The notes: generated by a model not told the origin, from the letters alone. Positions 29,183-39,690 are shown, counted from the first letter of the stretch. The stretch: 64,000 bases of DNA from an uncultured Elusimicrobia bacterium (GCA_963702895.1 OY969767.1:2496001-2560000), one strand, 5' to 3'. Made by a program: numbers and translations.

Positions 29183-32026
29183 TTAGATGTTTAATTCCGT
29201 CTGCTCGTTGACGTGCCCAACCTTGTGGCTGGTTTCGCTCACGCCGTGCCAGCTCACAATCAGCTCGTTGTAAATCCGAGCTTCCTCGGCCCAACCTTTT
29301 TTTTCGCAAAGGGTATAGAGTCGGTATGCCAACTGCCGTATGCGTTCCGTTTTTTCTGGCATCTTGGCAAGAAGCGCTCCGGCTTCGGATTCACTTACAC
29401 GCAATGCTCGGCTCAACTGATGGCACGCCTCCCAGATAGGAACCCTTGCGTCTTTCTCTGGATTCCATTCGGCAGAATACTCAGAGACTTTGAGGAGCCG
29501 TACTTTACCAGCGCCAGCTTCCACCACACCCGCGTCTGATAGTCCACCCACGCTTGTTCCTTTGGCTCTGGCAAGTACATCAGCCTCCCCATAAGCTCCT
29601 GCCTTAAAACCATATTGCTGAAACCAATCAATACAGAATCGGGTGTCCGAATCCATATCGCTCTCAGCGTGAGTGAAATACTCCTCGATGGCTTTGTTGA
29701 TGAGTTTGAGAACGGTATGGACTGACATTGACTTTCCATCAGCTTCCAAAACGGCGGGATATTGAGAGAACACAGCCATGCCCGGACCGATAGCCGCTTG
29801 TGCGAGGTCAACAGGTGCAATGGGACTCGCCCCCTCTGTGCCGCCGATCATTGCCTCAAGCGCTTCCGGGAGTGATTCATCGAGTTCACGAAGGAATTGT
29901 TTTCTCGGAACGGTGGGAGTATCGGCAGGGCGTTTTCGACAGACAAGAACAATGGATGATGCCAATGCGTTTGTGTCCGCACCCACCATTCTGTTGCTAA
30001 GTTCCGTACGCATGGGCCATGTTCCTGTGATCGCAAAGCCTGATCGGATCACCGCCTCAAGAAATGTTTCCCAGCCAGTAGATGTTGTCCCTTCGCTGTC
30101 TGTCTCTGCCTGCTTGAAGGCATAGTAAATCGTCACTGGAATAGCCGGGTGACTTACCGTCTCTATGTTGTGAACAGCTTGAGACATTCCATTAATAAAA
30201 AAGGTTTCCGCGTTATCTTTCCCGCCATGCCTGAAAGGACTCGCAATAAGTTCCTGAGCCTTCGGAACTAATAATGTCGAAAATAGCTCAGGGAATATTG
30301 AGCGCAATGAGCGACGCAACCAAACATAGAAGAAGTCAGAAAGATCAGCGTAACCAATATTGTCGTAATAGGGTGGATCGGTTGAAATTATTGCTCGATT
30401 CACATAGTTTTCAAATGGAGCCATCGCATCGCGCTGAGTGACCGAGGCCGAACGATAGACGGGCAGATTAAGGATAGCTTCACTTATTGATGATAACGAC
30501 ACCACAAAATCGCCTGCCGCTCCTGCGAAGGGATTTACATCAGGAAAATCCCATGTCATCGGGATTGCTTGCCTCGCAAAAGCGGTCACAGTTTGTTCTC
30601 TGCTTGATGTCCACCTTGCTATCGTGCATAGTGTATTTGCCATTCGACTGACACCCATCGACAAATAGATGGCAATCGCCTCGGCATAGGCTTTAGCACC
30701 GACCCCATTTTCCATGAGTCCTTTACTACCATCAGATGGATTTAAGGTCTTAGCATCTGACATTATCTTCTGTCGCACCTCTGACACCAAATCTGAGAAA
30801 GTGGACATAGCAACTAATTGGCGGGACGTAAACAGATGCCGATGTTTCGTCATGCCATATTCCTGTATACGGAAGCCCAGTGCTTTCTTGGGGAGATCGG
30901 TGTCTGGGATGTCCCGTGGATCGGCAGACTTAGCAATGCGTTCCATATCGTCGCTTGCTGGCAGATAAATACGGCCTGATTTGCATTCGACAACAACAGC
31001 CATCAACCGTTGGCTCATACGGCCAGCCTTTGCTTCTGAGCGGATGTAATTAAACGGGACAGGAGTCTGAGACAGGAGACATATAGCTCCATTTCGATTG
31101 ACAGTGCCTTCAATCGTCGGTTTTCCCTTGCCAGCTCGGATTACAAATGAGTAACTCATCTTGTCCTTAGCAATTTGAGGTTCAATCCATACTTTCTTGT
31201 CATCCTTCGTCGATAGCCAGAATGAACGCACCAAAGGAATGTGTACGCCTTTGCAGGCAGGGTTCGGACTTGCAACAGTCCGTGCCCAAAGCCACGCAAT
31301 TACGTTCGCTTTTCCTGCACCATACTCTTTGGGTAGATCGACCTGTGGGTAAAGGTAACCAATCCGTTTGAAAGCTTCGTCACGCATCCATCTACCATAG
31401 CGACGCACATCTTCGGCCAATCCTTTTGCCCCGGACCAATCCTCCATTGCGTCGATCTGTTCCTTTTCATTCAGAGGAATTGGGCCGATTGGTTTGCGTC
31501 CAGCGAATTTTGGTGGAATTTCTAAGAGTGCTTTGCTGATCATTACGGCCACAGGGTTCAAATCGGAAGCATGAGCTTCAAGACCTAGTCGCTGGGCCTC
31601 AAGCGGTATAGAACCACCTCCTGCAAAAGGATCGAGGAAGGGTGGCAATTTGTCTGGGTTCTCGCCTGTAAGCTTGCAGGTTTCTACCCACGATTTACGA
31701 ATCTCAGTGCGTGCTTGTTCCAACACTTTCTCGTTAGTCGTGCTCTCCCATTTCACCAGCTCCCTGACAATAGCGAACAGCCGCTCTCTCTCTTTGAGCG
31801 CATCTGCTTTGGTTTGGCCGGGATAAGCGCCATAACCCCTCTCGCCGCCGGGATCGTTCACCATTTGGGCAAATAGAACGGCTCTCGCCGCCGCTAAAGG
31901 CCGTCTTGCCCACCAGAGATGGAGGGTTGAGGGGTGTCCATGTCGGATGGACTTCTCCCGGACACAAGCCTCGTTAATGTCGTCAAGGGGCAAGGCCACT
32001 TCGATCAGCTTCTTGGGGTATTTCAT
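29183..32026 (-). CDS. DUF1156 amino-DNA methyltransferase
   Basis: [20 protein letters not shown] and TDPPYYDN. Confidence 0.92.
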   Translation of the reverse strand: MKYPKKLIEVALPLDDINEACVREKSIRHGHPSTLHLWWARRPLAAARAVLFAQMVNDPGGERGYGAYPGQTKADALKERERLFAIVRELVKWESTTNEKVLEQARTEIRKSWVETCKLTGENPDKLPPFLDPFAGGGSIPLEAQRLGLEAHASDLNPVAVMISKALLEIPPKFAGRKPIGPIPLNEKEQIDAMEDWSGAKGLAEDVRRYGRWMRDEAFKRIGYLYPQVDLPKEYGAGKANVIAWLWARTVASPNPACKGVHIPLVRSFWLSTKDDKKVWIEPQIAKDKMSYSFVIRAGKGKPTIEGTVNRNGAICLLSQTPVPFNYIRSEAKAGRMSQRLMAVVVECKSGRIYLPASDDMERIAKSADPRDIPDTDLPKKALGFRIQEYGMTKHRHLFTSRQLVAMSTFSDLVSEVRQKIMSDAKTLNPSDGSKGLMENGVGAKAYAEAIAIYLSMGVSRMANTLCTIARWTSSREQTVTAFARQAIPMTWDFPDVNPFAGAAGDFVVSLSSISEAILNLPVYRSASVTQRDAMAPFENYVNRAIISTDPPYYDNIGYADLSDFFYVWLRRSLRSIFPELFSTLLVPKAQELIASPFRHGGKDNAETFFINGMSQAVHNIETVSHPAIPVTIYYAFKQAETDSEGTTSTGWETFLEAVIRSGFAITGTWPMRTELSNRMVGADTNALASSIVLVCRKRPADTPTVPRKQFLRELDESLPEALEAMIGGTEGASPIAPVDLAQAAIGPGMAVFSQYPAVLEADGKSMSVHTVLKLINKAIEEYFTHAESDMDSDTRFCIDWFQQYGFKAGAYGEADVLARAKGTSVGGLSDAGVVEAGAGKVRLLKVSEYSAEWNPEKDARVPIWEACHQLSRALRVSESEAGALLAKMPEKTERIRQLAYRLYTLCEKKGWAEEARIYNELIVSWHGVSETSHKVGHVNEQTELNI

Positions 32027-35000
32027 TCGCGTGTCGCCATCTTCAATAGTGCCTTGATCTCGTAATTCATGCTTTCTACTCCGAAAGGGGCTTCATCCTT
32101 GAACGCGCCGCGAACGTAGAATGGGCCTTCCGTTCGTTCTCCGTCCACCAGAACGATGGCGAGCGCAAATCGGTCCGGCTGGTTGAACCCGGTCAGAATC
32201 TCGTTCTTCGTGACCGTTACGGTTTGCGCGTCCTTGGCGCGGCCTTTAACCTCAACAAACTTCAAGTCACCGCTTTTCAATTTGGAAGTGATGTCCCAGC
32301 CGCATTTCTGTTTGGAAACGTCTTGAGGAGTGTTGTTCAGCGATAGTTCATGGCGCATGACCGCTTCCATCGCCATCCGTTCGATCTTCTCGCGGACGGC
32401 AGGGTCCTGCGTCATCAGATCACCAGACCCCATTTTCTGGCGCAAGAGGCCCGCCGGAATGACCAGAGCGCCGCCCACCACACGCGGAGTGGCAGATATG
32501 ACGTGGCGACGGGCTTCCAAGTCGGTTTGCCGTTCTTTGAGCCTCTGGTCCAGCTCCTCAGCCCGTTTGCGGGCATTGTCTGGTTGAAGGCGGGGTTGCT
32601 TGCCCAAAGAAACCTGTTCCTGCAACTGGGCGGCACGCTTCTGCCAGTATGTGATTTCCTTGACCAAGCGCTCCTGAACGGCCTGCAAGGTCGCATCAAT
32701 TAGCCGCTCTTGCCTCGATTGGACCTCACGGAGGTGCTCTGGCACTATGGTTTGCGCGGCATGGGCAATAATCAATGGCTCAAGGTCTTTGTGTAGCCAT
32801 TGCTCTTGCAAAATGTCCTTGATGTGCTCACGTTCCTCATCCTTGAGCGGTCGATAATCCAGATAGGGGGCATAGCCACCTTGCGCCACTTGCCCCTTCC
32901 GATCCACCTGCACAAACTGCAATCGCTCAGAAATCGGTCTTTGCTTCCCGTGTCGGTCCACCGCCCCATCACGAATCTGGTGTTCAAGGATAAACATGAC
33001 TCTCGGCTCCACTCCATCGTCGGCGCTGTCCACCAGAACGGTTCCGCGTTTAAGCAGGTCGCGGTACTTCTCGACAACGAGATCGAGTACTGAATCCATT
33101 AAGGGATGACCGGGGCATATTAAAACGGCTGGGGGCTTGCCGTTTTGTCGTATCTTGCTTTTCTCAAAACAGATACGTTCGTACTTTGGCGTAACCGGAT
33201 GCCCGCGTCCGATGACTTTGTCTCTATTGCGGATTACTGATGGGACGTGGGTGATCTCATAGCGACCTGATTCGCGTTGATGGATCTGCCCACCAAAGCA
33301 GGAAAATCCTTCGAGGAAGAATGCGCGGATAAAGTGTGGTTGGAGTTTCCGGGCTTCGGCCTTTTCCATATCGTCTTTGAGTGCGAAGACTTTGCTCGAA
33401 TCCATGTGCTCGGTTGCCAATGCGACGCGATCCATAATATCGCGCAACCGTTCCCGGTCAAGTGCCCCTTCGACCTTCTGATGCAGTCTGGCCTTGGCTT
33501 CCGGTGTTTCTCCTTCCCGGATGGCCTCGATAAGCAACTCGCGTAATGCAACTCCGCTAAAGACTTCACCCAGAATGTCGAATACACGGCCACCAAGCGC
33601 CTGCCGCTCGATATCGAGCTTCTGCAATAGCCTCTCGAACACATCGCCTTCGCGTGTTTCCTTCGCCACCATGTTCCAGCAATGACAGATTTCTTCCTGC
33701 CCGATGCGATGGATGCGGCCAAAACGCTGTTCGAGACGGTTGGCGTTCCACGGAAGGTCATAATTTATCAGCAGGTTGGCCCGTTGAAGATTGATACCTT
33801 CACCTGCCGCATCGGTGGCGACAAGGATCAAAACGTCTTTCTGGTTTGTGAACATCTCTTGGGTTTTGCGCCTCTCATCCCGATTCATGCCGCCATGAAT
33901 CGTCACAACCGCATCGTCGTTACCCATCAAGCCTTTGATCTTGTCCACCAGATAGCGCAGAGTATCTCGATGCTCGGTAAAAACGATCAGCTTGCGGCGG
34001 TTGCCGAACGAATCCTTCATCTCCGGGGTGTCTTGGAGCAGGCGGGAGAGTTCTTCCCATTTTTTATCCTCTCCCGATACTCGGACTTGATGTGCCTGCT
34101 TTTCCAGCCTCTTTAGGCTCTCGATCTCTCCTCCCAGCTCCGTGATGGTCTGAGCCGCTGTCGCCTGATCGACGACCTTTTCTTCGAGCGCCTCGACCTC
34201 AGAGTCCGGCGCGTCATCCAGAAAGTCGGCTATATCTTCTTCGGAGAAAGCCGGAAGATCAGGCTTTGCTACTGGGACGGTCTGCCCGCGTTTGCTGGAT
34301 AGCTCCTCTAACCGACCCTCCAAATTCTTGCGACGACGTTCGAGAGAGCGGAAGATCGCCTCCGGGGAAGATGCCAGTCGCCGTTGAAGCGTAGTCAATG
34401 CAAACCCGACCGTACCTCGACGATTGGTATCGAGTTTGTCGGCGCGGTCCATTTCGCCACGGACGTAGCTGGTCACCGCCTCATAAAGAGCCGATTCCTG
34501 TGCTGAGAGCTTGTAATTGGCCGTGTAGGCTTTGCGTTCCGGGAAAAGGGGTGTTCCTTCGAATGTGAGTAGCTCCTCCTTAATCATGCGACGCATCAGG
34601 TTAGTCACATCAGGTTGAACGTCTTTCTCTCTCGGTTTCCCGTAGAAACGATCTGGGTCCAAGAGAGCCATGAACAGATGGAAGTCCTCCGGCTTGCCGT
34701 TGTGCGGTGTGGCTGTCATCAGCAAGAGATGGCGTGTGATCCGGTCAAGCAATTTGCCGAGGTTGTACCGCTTCGTCGCCTTGATCTCGTTGCCGTAATA
34801 GGTCGCGGACATCTTGTGTGCTTCATCAACCACGATCAGGTCCCAGTCACTGTGGCTGAGACGAGCTTCTAATTCTTCGTCGCGGCTTAGTTGATCCAGA
34901 CGGCAGATTAGAAGGCTGTAACGCGGATCAGCGAAGATTTCTCCGGCGTGGCTGGAATTGTCCAGTTCCCGGCCAAAGATGTCGAAGACAAGGCCGAACT

Positions 35001-35517
35001 TCTCCTCAAGCTCATCCTGCCATTGTTCGACAAGCATCCCCGGCGCGATGATGAGACATCGCTTCACGTCTCCCCGGAGCATCAATTCCCGGATGAACAG
35101 CCCAGCCATGATGGTTTTGCCCGCGCCGGGGTCATCGGCTAAAAGGAATCGCAGGGGTTGTTTGGGAAGCATGGCATCATAGACAGCGGTAATCTGATGC
35201 GGCAAAGCCCGTACGTTGCTGGTATGAATCGCCATCAGTGGGTCAAACAGGTGGGCAAGCTGAATCCGTTGGGCTTCGGCGACAAGCCGGAAAGTCTGAC
35301 CATCCCCGTCAAAGGTCCACGGTCGACCTCCCATGGCGACAGAAAGCTTGTCCTCGTCCTGTCGGAACAGCATCCTCTCGCCCGTTCCACCAGCATCGTC
35401 ACGGTAGAACACACTGACCGCGTCGGTCCCGACCGGATTGACAGCAACGACCTTAGCCGCTTGATGCGGCAGAATCCCCCAGACAAGGGTTTCAGGTTTC
35501 AGTTCTTCGAGTTTCAT
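32023..35517 (-). CDS. SNF2-family helicase with C-terminal DUF3883 nuclease-like domain
   Basis: [32 protein letters not shown]-terminal GWDI...VEVKG. Confidence 0.93.
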   Translation of the reverse strand: MKLEELKPETLVWGILPHQAAKVVAVNPVGTDAVSVFYRDDAGGTGERMLFRQDEDKLSVAMGGRPWTFDGDGQTFRLVAEAQRIQLAHLFDPLMAIHTSNVRALPHQITAVYDAMLPKQPLRFLLADDPGAGKTIMAGLFIRELMLRGDVKRCLIIAPGMLVEQWQDELEEKFGLVFDIFGRELDNSSHAGEIFADPRYSLLICRLDQLSRDEELEARLSHSDWDLIVVDEAHKMSATYYGNEIKATKRYNLGKLLDRITRHLLLMTATPHNGKPEDFHLFMALLDPDRFYGKPREKDVQPDVTNLMRRMIKEELLTFEGTPLFPERKAYTANYKLSAQESALYEAVTSYVRGEMDRADKLDTNRRGTVGFALTTLQRRLASSPEAIFRSLERRRKNLEGRLEELSSKRGQTVPVAKPDLPAFSEEDIADFLDDAPDSEVEALEEKVVDQATAAQTITELGGEIESLKRLEKQAHQVRVSGEDKKWEELSRLLQDTPEMKDSFGNRRKLIVFTEHRDTLRYLVDKIKGLMGNDDAVVTIHGGMNRDERRKTQEMFTNQKDVLILVATDAAGEGINLQRANLLINYDLPWNANRLEQRFGRIHRIGQEEICHCWNMVAKETREGDVFERLLQKLDIERQALGGRVFDILGEVFSGVALRELLIEAIREGETPEAKARLHQKVEGALDRERLRDIMDRVALATEHMDSSKVFALKDDMEKAEARKLQPHFIRAFFLEGFSCFGGQIHQRESGRYEITHVPSVIRNRDKVIGRGHPVTPKYERICFEKSKIRQNGKPPAVLICPGHPLMDSVLDLVVEKYRDLLKRGTVLVDSADDGVEPRVMFILEHQIRDGAVDRHGKQRPISERLQFVQVDRKGQVAQGGYAPYLDYRPLKDEEREHIKDILQEQWLHKDLEPLIIAHAAQTIVPEHLREVQSRQERLIDATLQAVQERLVKEITYWQKRAAQLQEQVSLGKQPRLQPDNARKRAEELDQRLKERQTDLEARRHVISATPRVVGGALVIPAGLLRQKMGSGDLMTQDPAVREKIERMAMEAVMRHELSLNNTPQDVSKQKCGWDITSKLKSGDLKFVEVKGRAKDAQTVTVTKNEILTGFNQPDRFALAIVLVDGERTEGPFYVRGAFKDEAPFGVESMNYEIKALLKMATRE

Positions 35518-35519
35518 TC

Positions 35520-35612
35520 AAAAAAAGACGAGGTCCCGGAAACCATTGGGTGGCAAAACCGGGACCTCAAAAACATAGAAATGGCGTTATCCTGCCAGCG
35601 TCCCAATGGTTT
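35520..35612 (-). promoter_or_regulatory. Structured leader (terminator/antiterminator-like) of the helicase operon
   Basis: 10-bp stem gaggtcccgg/ccgggacctc with a T-run just before the ATG; its loop is complementary to 35593-35612. Confidence 0.5.
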
Positions 35613-35661
35613 TTTCATTCACGCTCCCGCTCAGTTCAGCATGTGTAGAGCACACCTGTTT

Positions 35662-36270
35662 TCACAATTGAGTTTCTTTTCTAGCTGAATGTAACAATCC
35701 CAGATGACTCAAGGCTGTTTCAACTGCTTCCGTGGCTTCTGATGCAGAGCAACAGAAGACTTCTCCAAATGGAGCTTGCTTATCGTGACGCTCCGCTAAG
35801 ATTTTATGCGTTAGGTATTCAACCTTCTCGACACCTTCCGTATAAAAAGCGGCCATAAATTGCCACTCTCCCACTGGTCGAGGGTAGTGACGATACCTTT
35901 CTATTCGCTTTTCAAGAGTATTCACTATCCGAACGGCTGAATTTCTTTCACTACCGGAAAGTTGGCCGAGACGACTAATAATATTCTCTCGATAGGACTC
36001 AGCAAGCGCCACATCTTTTTCAAGGGGTAACGCGTTGCCCCCCGAACAACCTCTGCCACTTTTAACATGTTGAGGAACAAGCCCCATGATGTTAAGTAAA
36101 CGACCGCCACAAACCTGACAAGTGACCTTTCGCTCTAGCCACATATCATTGAAAGTTCGAAGCCGATCCGCTACATCATTAACTCCAATAGCAGTCATTC
36201 CGATTTTCACGCGCTGAACTGCGGAGTTTTCAAAAATATATACAGCACCGTGGTAGAGAAAATCGCGCAT
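35662..36270 (-). CDS. GIY-YIG/T5orf172-like nuclease with a Cys/His insert
   Basis: GAVYIF...VKIGMT...RL; CQVC...H...C; E..H..L, GEVF. Confidence 0.7.
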   Translation of the reverse strand: MRDFLYHGAVYIFENSAVQRVKIGMTAIGVNDVADRLRTFNDMWLERKVTCQVCGGRLLNIMGLVPQHVKSGRGCSGGNALPLEKDVALAESYRENIISRLGQLSGSERNSAVRIVNTLEKRIERYRHYPRPVGEWQFMAAFYTEGVEKVEYLTHKILAERHDKQAPFGEVFCCSASEATEAVETALSHLGLLHSARKETQL

Positions 36271-36322
36271 TTAACGTTAAGCTATCCCGAGTGACAACAT
36301 AGCGATTCCGCCAACAAAAGAA

Positions 36323-36412
36323 TGGCGGAGGGTGAGGGATTCGAACCCCCGATAAGCTTTCGCCTATAACGCTTTTCAAGAGCGTCGCCTTCAACCGCTC
36401 GGCCAACCCTCC
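36323..36412 (-). tRNA. tRNA-Ser(UGA), intact, 90 nt with encoded CCA
   Basis: GGAGGGTTGGCCGAGCGGTTGAAGGCGACGCTCTTGAAAAGCGTTATAGGCGAAAGCTTATCGGGGGTTCGAATCCCTCACCCTCCGCCA folds as a full class II cloverleaf. Confidence 0.96.
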
Positions 36413-36425
36413 AAATCTATTCGAC

Positions 36426-37178
36426 TCAGGTCGCATGGGCGACATTTCGCCATGCCCCATCTTTCAACTGCACATAATGCATAACGATCTGTTCAGTTGC
36501 GTTTTGAATGTCTATGGTCAGATCAAAAATATCCTTCCATAAATCATCAATTTTCATTTCGGTTAAATCTCCGAGGACCTGCTGTGCCGCGCCATCCGCA
36601 AAATGGTATCTGGTCGAACCAGCCGTGGCTCCCCTTGATATATAGGGCGTTCTCTTCTCCTCTGGTTCAACTAAATCAAAACGATTCCTAAAGCCTCTCA
36701 ATAACTCGGCGGGGTCGTAATGGAAAGTGACTTTATTTCGAATTCGTAACAGGACCTTATATGTCCTGCTGTTGGCCTTCCCACCAACAGCGAACGCGAC
36801 AAATTCTTTCCACTTGGCTCGCGCTCGCTTATTCATTTTGTCTACTATCTTTTTCATGAGCGGATGTTTCAGCGCATTTTCGTTGTCGACAATGTAGTCA
36901 ACGACGCTAAAGATCAGGCTAATATATTGACGCTGTAGGTGATAAATCAGGCCCCCATATTCACCCCATTCGGGAGTCGCCGCCCACTCGCCCTTAGGTG
37001 TCTGCTTTTTCAAAGTCTCCCATGCCGCCGCAACATCAGCTAAGTCATTATGGGCCAGAGCAAAACTAAGCACCAAACCAGCGACCCCGCTCTCATCTGG
37101 ATCAATCTTCGTAAAGACCTGAGCACTAAAACTCTCCAAGTCGGCCAGCTTGAATTCTCTGATTTCACCGATGCTCAC
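36426..37178 (-). CDS. Hypothetical protein, possible HEPN-like RNase
   Basis: Helical protein with RNKVTFH (RN-x4-H). Confidence 0.55.
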   Translation of the reverse strand: MSIGEIREFKLADLESFSAQVFTKIDPDESGVAGLVLSFALAHNDLADVAAAWETLKKQTPKGEWAATPEWGEYGGLIYHLQRQYISLIFSVVDYIVDNENALKHPLMKKIVDKMNKRARAKWKEFVAFAVGGKANSRTYKVLLRIRNKVTFHYDPAELLRGFRNRFDLVEPEEKRTPYISRGATAGSTRYHFADGAAQQVLGDLTEMKIDDLWKDIFDLTIDIQNATEQIVMHYVQLKDGAWRNVAHAT

Positions 37179-37293
37179 ATTTACAACTCCCTACGGCCTC
37201 ATTTACAACCTGCCCATAAAAACAGGGCTATCTCTGTCATCCATCGTATCACTCGCTCCGTCGAACAGGTGCGGTAGGTTGGCCGGTTTATTG

Positions 37294-37334
37294 GTTTTCA
37301 AGACAGGCTCCTTAAGCCGCTCGGACATCCCTCC
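37294..37334 (-). pseudogene. tRNA-Ser(UGA) 5' half, distal att junction
   Basis: GGAGGGATGTCCGAGCGGCTTAAGGAGCCTGTCTTGAAAAC, then non-tRNA sequence; acceptor and anticodon stems pair with 20790-20852. Confidence 0.9.
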
Positions 37335-37360
37335 GCTGCCAATCCTTCCCTTGCGCAACG

Positions 37361-37378
37361 CCACTCTCCCAACCCTCC
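37361..37378 (-). pseudogene. Short tRNA-Ser 5' relic
   Basis: GGAGGGTTGGGAGAGTGG. Confidence 0.55.
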
Positions 37379-37471
37379 GCTGATCGCTTTCCTCATTTTG
37401 TCACTACGTCCAACCTTCCTTGACTCTAACAGGTTGGGACAATCCTCCCGCTCTATCATGGCGGGAGGACG

Positions 37472-37724
37472 CCTTCGGTACCCTTACGGGCACAGCTGTT
37501 TTCCCCTCCACTACATTGTTGGAGGGCCCGCCTAAGCCGGAGTGGCGGGAAGACATCCGGATCCCTCCTGCCCATTCCTTAAGGAGGAGGACCGCGCGCC
37601 AGTTACGCATCGGCGCGAGGTAAACCTCCGCCACATCCGACACACGTCAGTCGGATCCGCCCGAAGTGTGGCGGACGACAGGCGGAGAGCGCCTGTCGTG
37701 TGGCGCTCACTCTCCCAAGCCTCC
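37472..37724 (-). pseudogene. tRNA-Ser(UGA) pseudogene with eight hairpin insertions
   Basis: GGAGGCTTGGGAGAGTG|GTTTA|ATCCGGATGTCTT|GAAAACAGCTGTGCCCGTAAGGGTACCGAAGG after removing 37626-37707, 37563-37620 and 37504-37549. Confidence 0.85.
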
Positions 37725-37739
37725 GAAACGTGGATAAGA

Positions 37740-38093
37740 TCATTTATCTGCTTTCGGTGGGGGCACGGTATGCTCAAGGCATTGGATAAGGGATGGAAGA
37801 TCCTTCATGACTGTGTCCCAAACAATCTCAAGATCAATATCATCATAGTCATGAATCAAAACGCTGCGAATACCGATCATCTGCTGCCAGGGAATATCCG
37901 CCAGAGCCGCCCGCGTCTCGGGCGAAATGCGACGAGACGCTTCCCCAATAACTTCCAGCCGCCGTATAACAGCATCCTGGCATTGCGAATCGGACAGAAA
38001 GGTTTCGTAAGAATGATGGACCAGATACTGGCGGGCTCCTCGAGCCGCGTTCAGGATATCGAGCAGATACCCCGCATCACGCGGCGGCAGCAT
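37740..38093 (-). CDS. HepT-like (DUF86) ribonuclease toxin
   Basis: AVIRRLEVIGEA, IPW, RSVLIHDY. Confidence 0.9.
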   Translation of the reverse strand: MLPPRDAGYLLDILNAARGARQYLVHHSYETFLSDSQCQDAVIRRLEVIGEASRRISPETRAALADIPWQQMIGIRSVLIHDYDDIDLEIVWDTVMKDLPSLIQCLEHTVPPPKADK

Positions 38094-38394
38094 AGAGAGA
38101 CTGCGCTGTGGAGAGGATTTCAGTCCGTCGCAAATAATTGGCGCTTCGCTCCAGCCCTCGACGGCTAACCAAATCGACAGGACGCTGGAACAACCTGCTC
38201 AATTCCTCTTGCATCTGGACGAAATCGAAGAGTGTAGGGTGCGACTGTGGCTTGAATGTCACTAACAAATCGATATCGCTCGTATCGGAAAAATCCGGAC
38301 GCAAAGCAGACCCAAAAAGAAATAGTTCCTCGATTCCCTTTTGACGGCAAAACTGAGCAAGACGCTCACGATCAATGTTTATCTTCGGGCTCAT
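38077..38394 (-). CDS. MNT nucleotidyltransferase antitoxin
   Basis: LFGSALRPDFSDTSDIDLLV, RPVDLV. Confidence 0.9.
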   Translation of the reverse strand: MSPKINIDRERLAQFCRQKGIEELFLFGSALRPDFSDTSDIDLLVTFKPQSHPTLFDFVQMQEELSRLFQRPVDLVSRRGLERSANYLRRTEILSTAQSLYAAAA

Positions 38395-38555
38395 AGCTTC
38401 TAGATTATATGTCCTGTACCCACAGCTTTCCACAAAAGGTTTAGACCTTCATACGCCCGACTTTACAACAACAGGACACAAAAGTGTAAAACTCGGTACA
38501 ACTCCGTACAAGTCCTTTGAATGAAAAACTGCGCGACGTTTGGCCGTAGGGTAAC

Positions 38556-38594
38556 TTTCAAGAGCATCGCCCTATACCACTCGGCCATCCCTCC
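38556..38594 (-). pseudogene. tRNA-Ser(UGA) 5' half, att junction
   Basis: GGAGGGATGGCCGAGTGGTATAGGGCGATGCTCTTGAAA, then non-tRNA sequence. Confidence 0.88.
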
Positions 38595-38632
38595 TAAATC
38601 AGTATGCAGAGCATCCATCGACGCCACTGATT

Positions 38633-39190
38633 TCATTTGACGATCGGTTCATAACGGATCGTCGTTGTGCTCCATTTCACGAAATCCATTCTAATTCGGT
38701 CGACTTTCTCTCCGCCATCCAGATAATACCCTCTCGGATTCGATAACTTGCCGCCTTTAAAATCATACGTTCCACCTGCACATGTCCCTGAGTGCGAGTA
38801 TGTTACAGGAGCGCCGTTTAATTTCTCGAGTTCCTTCAGACTTGTCCCTAGCGTGATACCGTTTTGTAACTGCCATAAGCTCTTATCCCCGGAAATAGTG
38901 AATGATACGAGCATGGCATTCTCGCCCCATTTATCGATTTCGACCTCGGCTTTCTTTAATTTATCATCCGGAAAGATTACTATTCCGGGTTCTGTCTCTT
39001 CAGGACCAACTGCGGCACCAATTACGTTCTTCTTGCCTAGGCGTTCTTCTAATACGCTCACAGAGGTCTGGGCCGTAATCCATCCTGCACGTATGCCCGG
39101 CACAAGCTTCCAGTCATCCTGTTCAGCGGTACTGATCGAACAAAGAAACATCAGTATGCTGCCGATACTGGCAGTTTTACGAAGTCCCAT
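38633..39190 (-). CDS. Hypothetical secreted protein
   Basis: GGAGG RBS, signal peptide, 'GITLGTSLKELEKLNG'. Confidence 0.65.
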   Translation of the reverse strand: MGLRKTASIGSILMFLCSISTAEQDDWKLVPGIRAGWITAQTSVSVLEERLGKKNVIGAAVGPEETEPGIVIFPDDKLKKAEVEIDKWGENAMLVSFTISGDKSLWQLQNGITLGTSLKELEKLNGAPVTYSHSGTCAGGTYDFKGGKLSNPRGYYLDGGEKVDRIRMDFVKWSTTTIRYEPIVK

Positions 39191-39249
39191 AATCCCTCCT
39201 ATTCGTGCGGTGAGACTATATGCAATTAAGCTTGCCATATAGACGACCG

Positions 39250-39690
39250 TTGACAACTTCATTGACGGCCACACCATCTATTTCAGGCTATGCCCGCCAA
39301 CCTCTGTCTCACTCACCCTGTCGTCCCGGTCCCCCATTTAATTTAACCGGCCGGGACGTACCGACTAAGATTCGCTCGCCGGAGGCTCGCTTCACGGTCG
39401 AACGGTACGAACAGGTGCGGCCGCCTTATCGGCCCTCCGAAGCCTTGGCGAAGGAGGGTAGGTCGCCAGACTTCCGGCGACTTCCGCCACAAGACGGGCG
39501 GACTCGACGGCTGTGTGTCGAGCACCGGACGGCTTGGCGAGTTGGCTGGTTTATTGGTTTTCCCACCTTCGCAACAACGCGCTGCCGCGCCGCTACGGTG
39601 GGCAAGCAAGACATCCAGATCCCTCCTTCCCATTCTTTAAGGAGGAGGGCCGCGCGCCAGTTACGCATCGGCGCGAGGTAAACCTCCGCG
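39250..39690 (-). repeat. Degenerate att junction: tRNA-Ser D-loop/anticodon relic fused to a homolog of the 37180-37300 arm, with several hairpin insertions
   Basis: 39608-39689 nearly matches 37550-37631; gttggctggtttattggttttc matches 37278-37299; cgaacaggtgcgg is also shared. Confidence 0.8.

Larger units (their letters stand above)
20840..37306 (-). mobile_element. Integrative element (satellite/IME-like) inserted in the anticodon loop of tRNA-Ser(UGA)
   Basis: Direct repeat GTTTTCAAGACAG at 20840-20852 and 37294-37306 joins complementary tRNA halves; int, xis and primase-ATPase lie inside; visibly lower GC than the flanks. Confidence 0.9.

Noticed and set aside
36323..36412. tRNA-Sec or opal suppressor
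   Set aside because: The anticodon is UGA, which reads UCA (Ser); the acceptor stem is an ordinary 7 bp.
20840..37306. Complete prophage or ICE
   Set aside because: No capsid, terminase, tail, relaxase or T4SS genes were recognised.
37443..37469. Apparent tRNA 3' end TCCTCCCGCCA
   Set aside because: It is one arm of the palindrome tcctcccgc...gcgggagga and does not pair with the GGAGGCT acceptor.
37472..37724. Insertions read as spliceable tRNA introns
   Set aside because: Bacterial context, no evident bulge-helix-bulge or group I features, an anticodon-stem mismatch and a missing 3' acceptor all indicate a pseudogene.
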